A stretch of 48,732 nt of DNA, the filler included, from Jimgerdemannia flammicorona (lineage: Eukaryota): assembly GCA_003990765.1 (NCBI GenBank). It is 2 parts of 2 records of this genome, joined end to end, with 100 filler letters (N's around TTAATTAATTAA, not from the genome) between each part and the next. Parts side by side here need not be neighbours in the genome. Positions count along the whole stretch, not along the records: positions 24,423 to 48,732 come from RBNJ01000991.1; 1 more part is not named here. One strand, given 5' to 3'. The notes under the pieces are model-generated. The model searched no databases. It was not told where the DNA came from and was given only the letters and a program-made list of their open reading frames with translations. The stretch's first letter is position 1, and every line of letters begins with the position of its first letter. A program made the translations under genes and the position numbers. Positions 48,625 through 48,732 of this stretch are shown here, one piece after another.

Positions 48625-48732
48625 ATACCATTCCAGTCTGATATACTGTTCTAGTCTGGTATGCTGTTCTAGTTTAATATACTGTTCTGGTATAGTATAC
48701 TGTTTTAGTCTGGTATACTGTTCTAGTTAGAT
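48625..48732 (+). repeat. 18-bp tandem repeat, consensus ATACTGTTCTAGTCTGGT, six units to the window end
   Basis: Read directly. Confidence 0.85.

Overview
Eukaryotic, very probably fungal, repeat-rich DNA. Most of the window is decayed, CpG-depleted retroelements. (i) A 3' L1/Tx1-type LINE fragment (15-2022). (ii) A dUTPase-bearing Ty3/Gypsy LTR element (~8520-19155) with a hAT-type MITE in its protease. (iii) A second dUTPase-bearing Gypsy element (24640-48606) that has lost its RT core and hosts three nested insertions: two full-length L1/Tx1 LINEs with 13-bp TSDs, and a Penelope-type RT element with no visible endonuclease. The Penelope-type element has both terminal inverted and direct repeats and a TA duplication. 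Between the retroelements lie two CpG-retaining islands (2023-8519, 19156-23842) made of a shuffled, repeatedly duplicated unit. That unit centres on an intronless gene with an unusual 9-Cys, three-half-site Zn-cluster: one intact 454-aa copy and four broken copies, two of them head-to-head. There is also a hAT-like left end with 33-bp repeats running into an artificial 100-bp scaffold gap. The most novel-looking items are the architecture of the Penelope-type element, an accessory ORF apparently shared by both Gypsy elements (after integrase in one, inside the LTR in the other) with stop-start coupled ORFs, and the triple-half-site Zn-cluster family. All calls come from manual reading of motifs and repeats; no database searches were run, and some boundaries are approximate.
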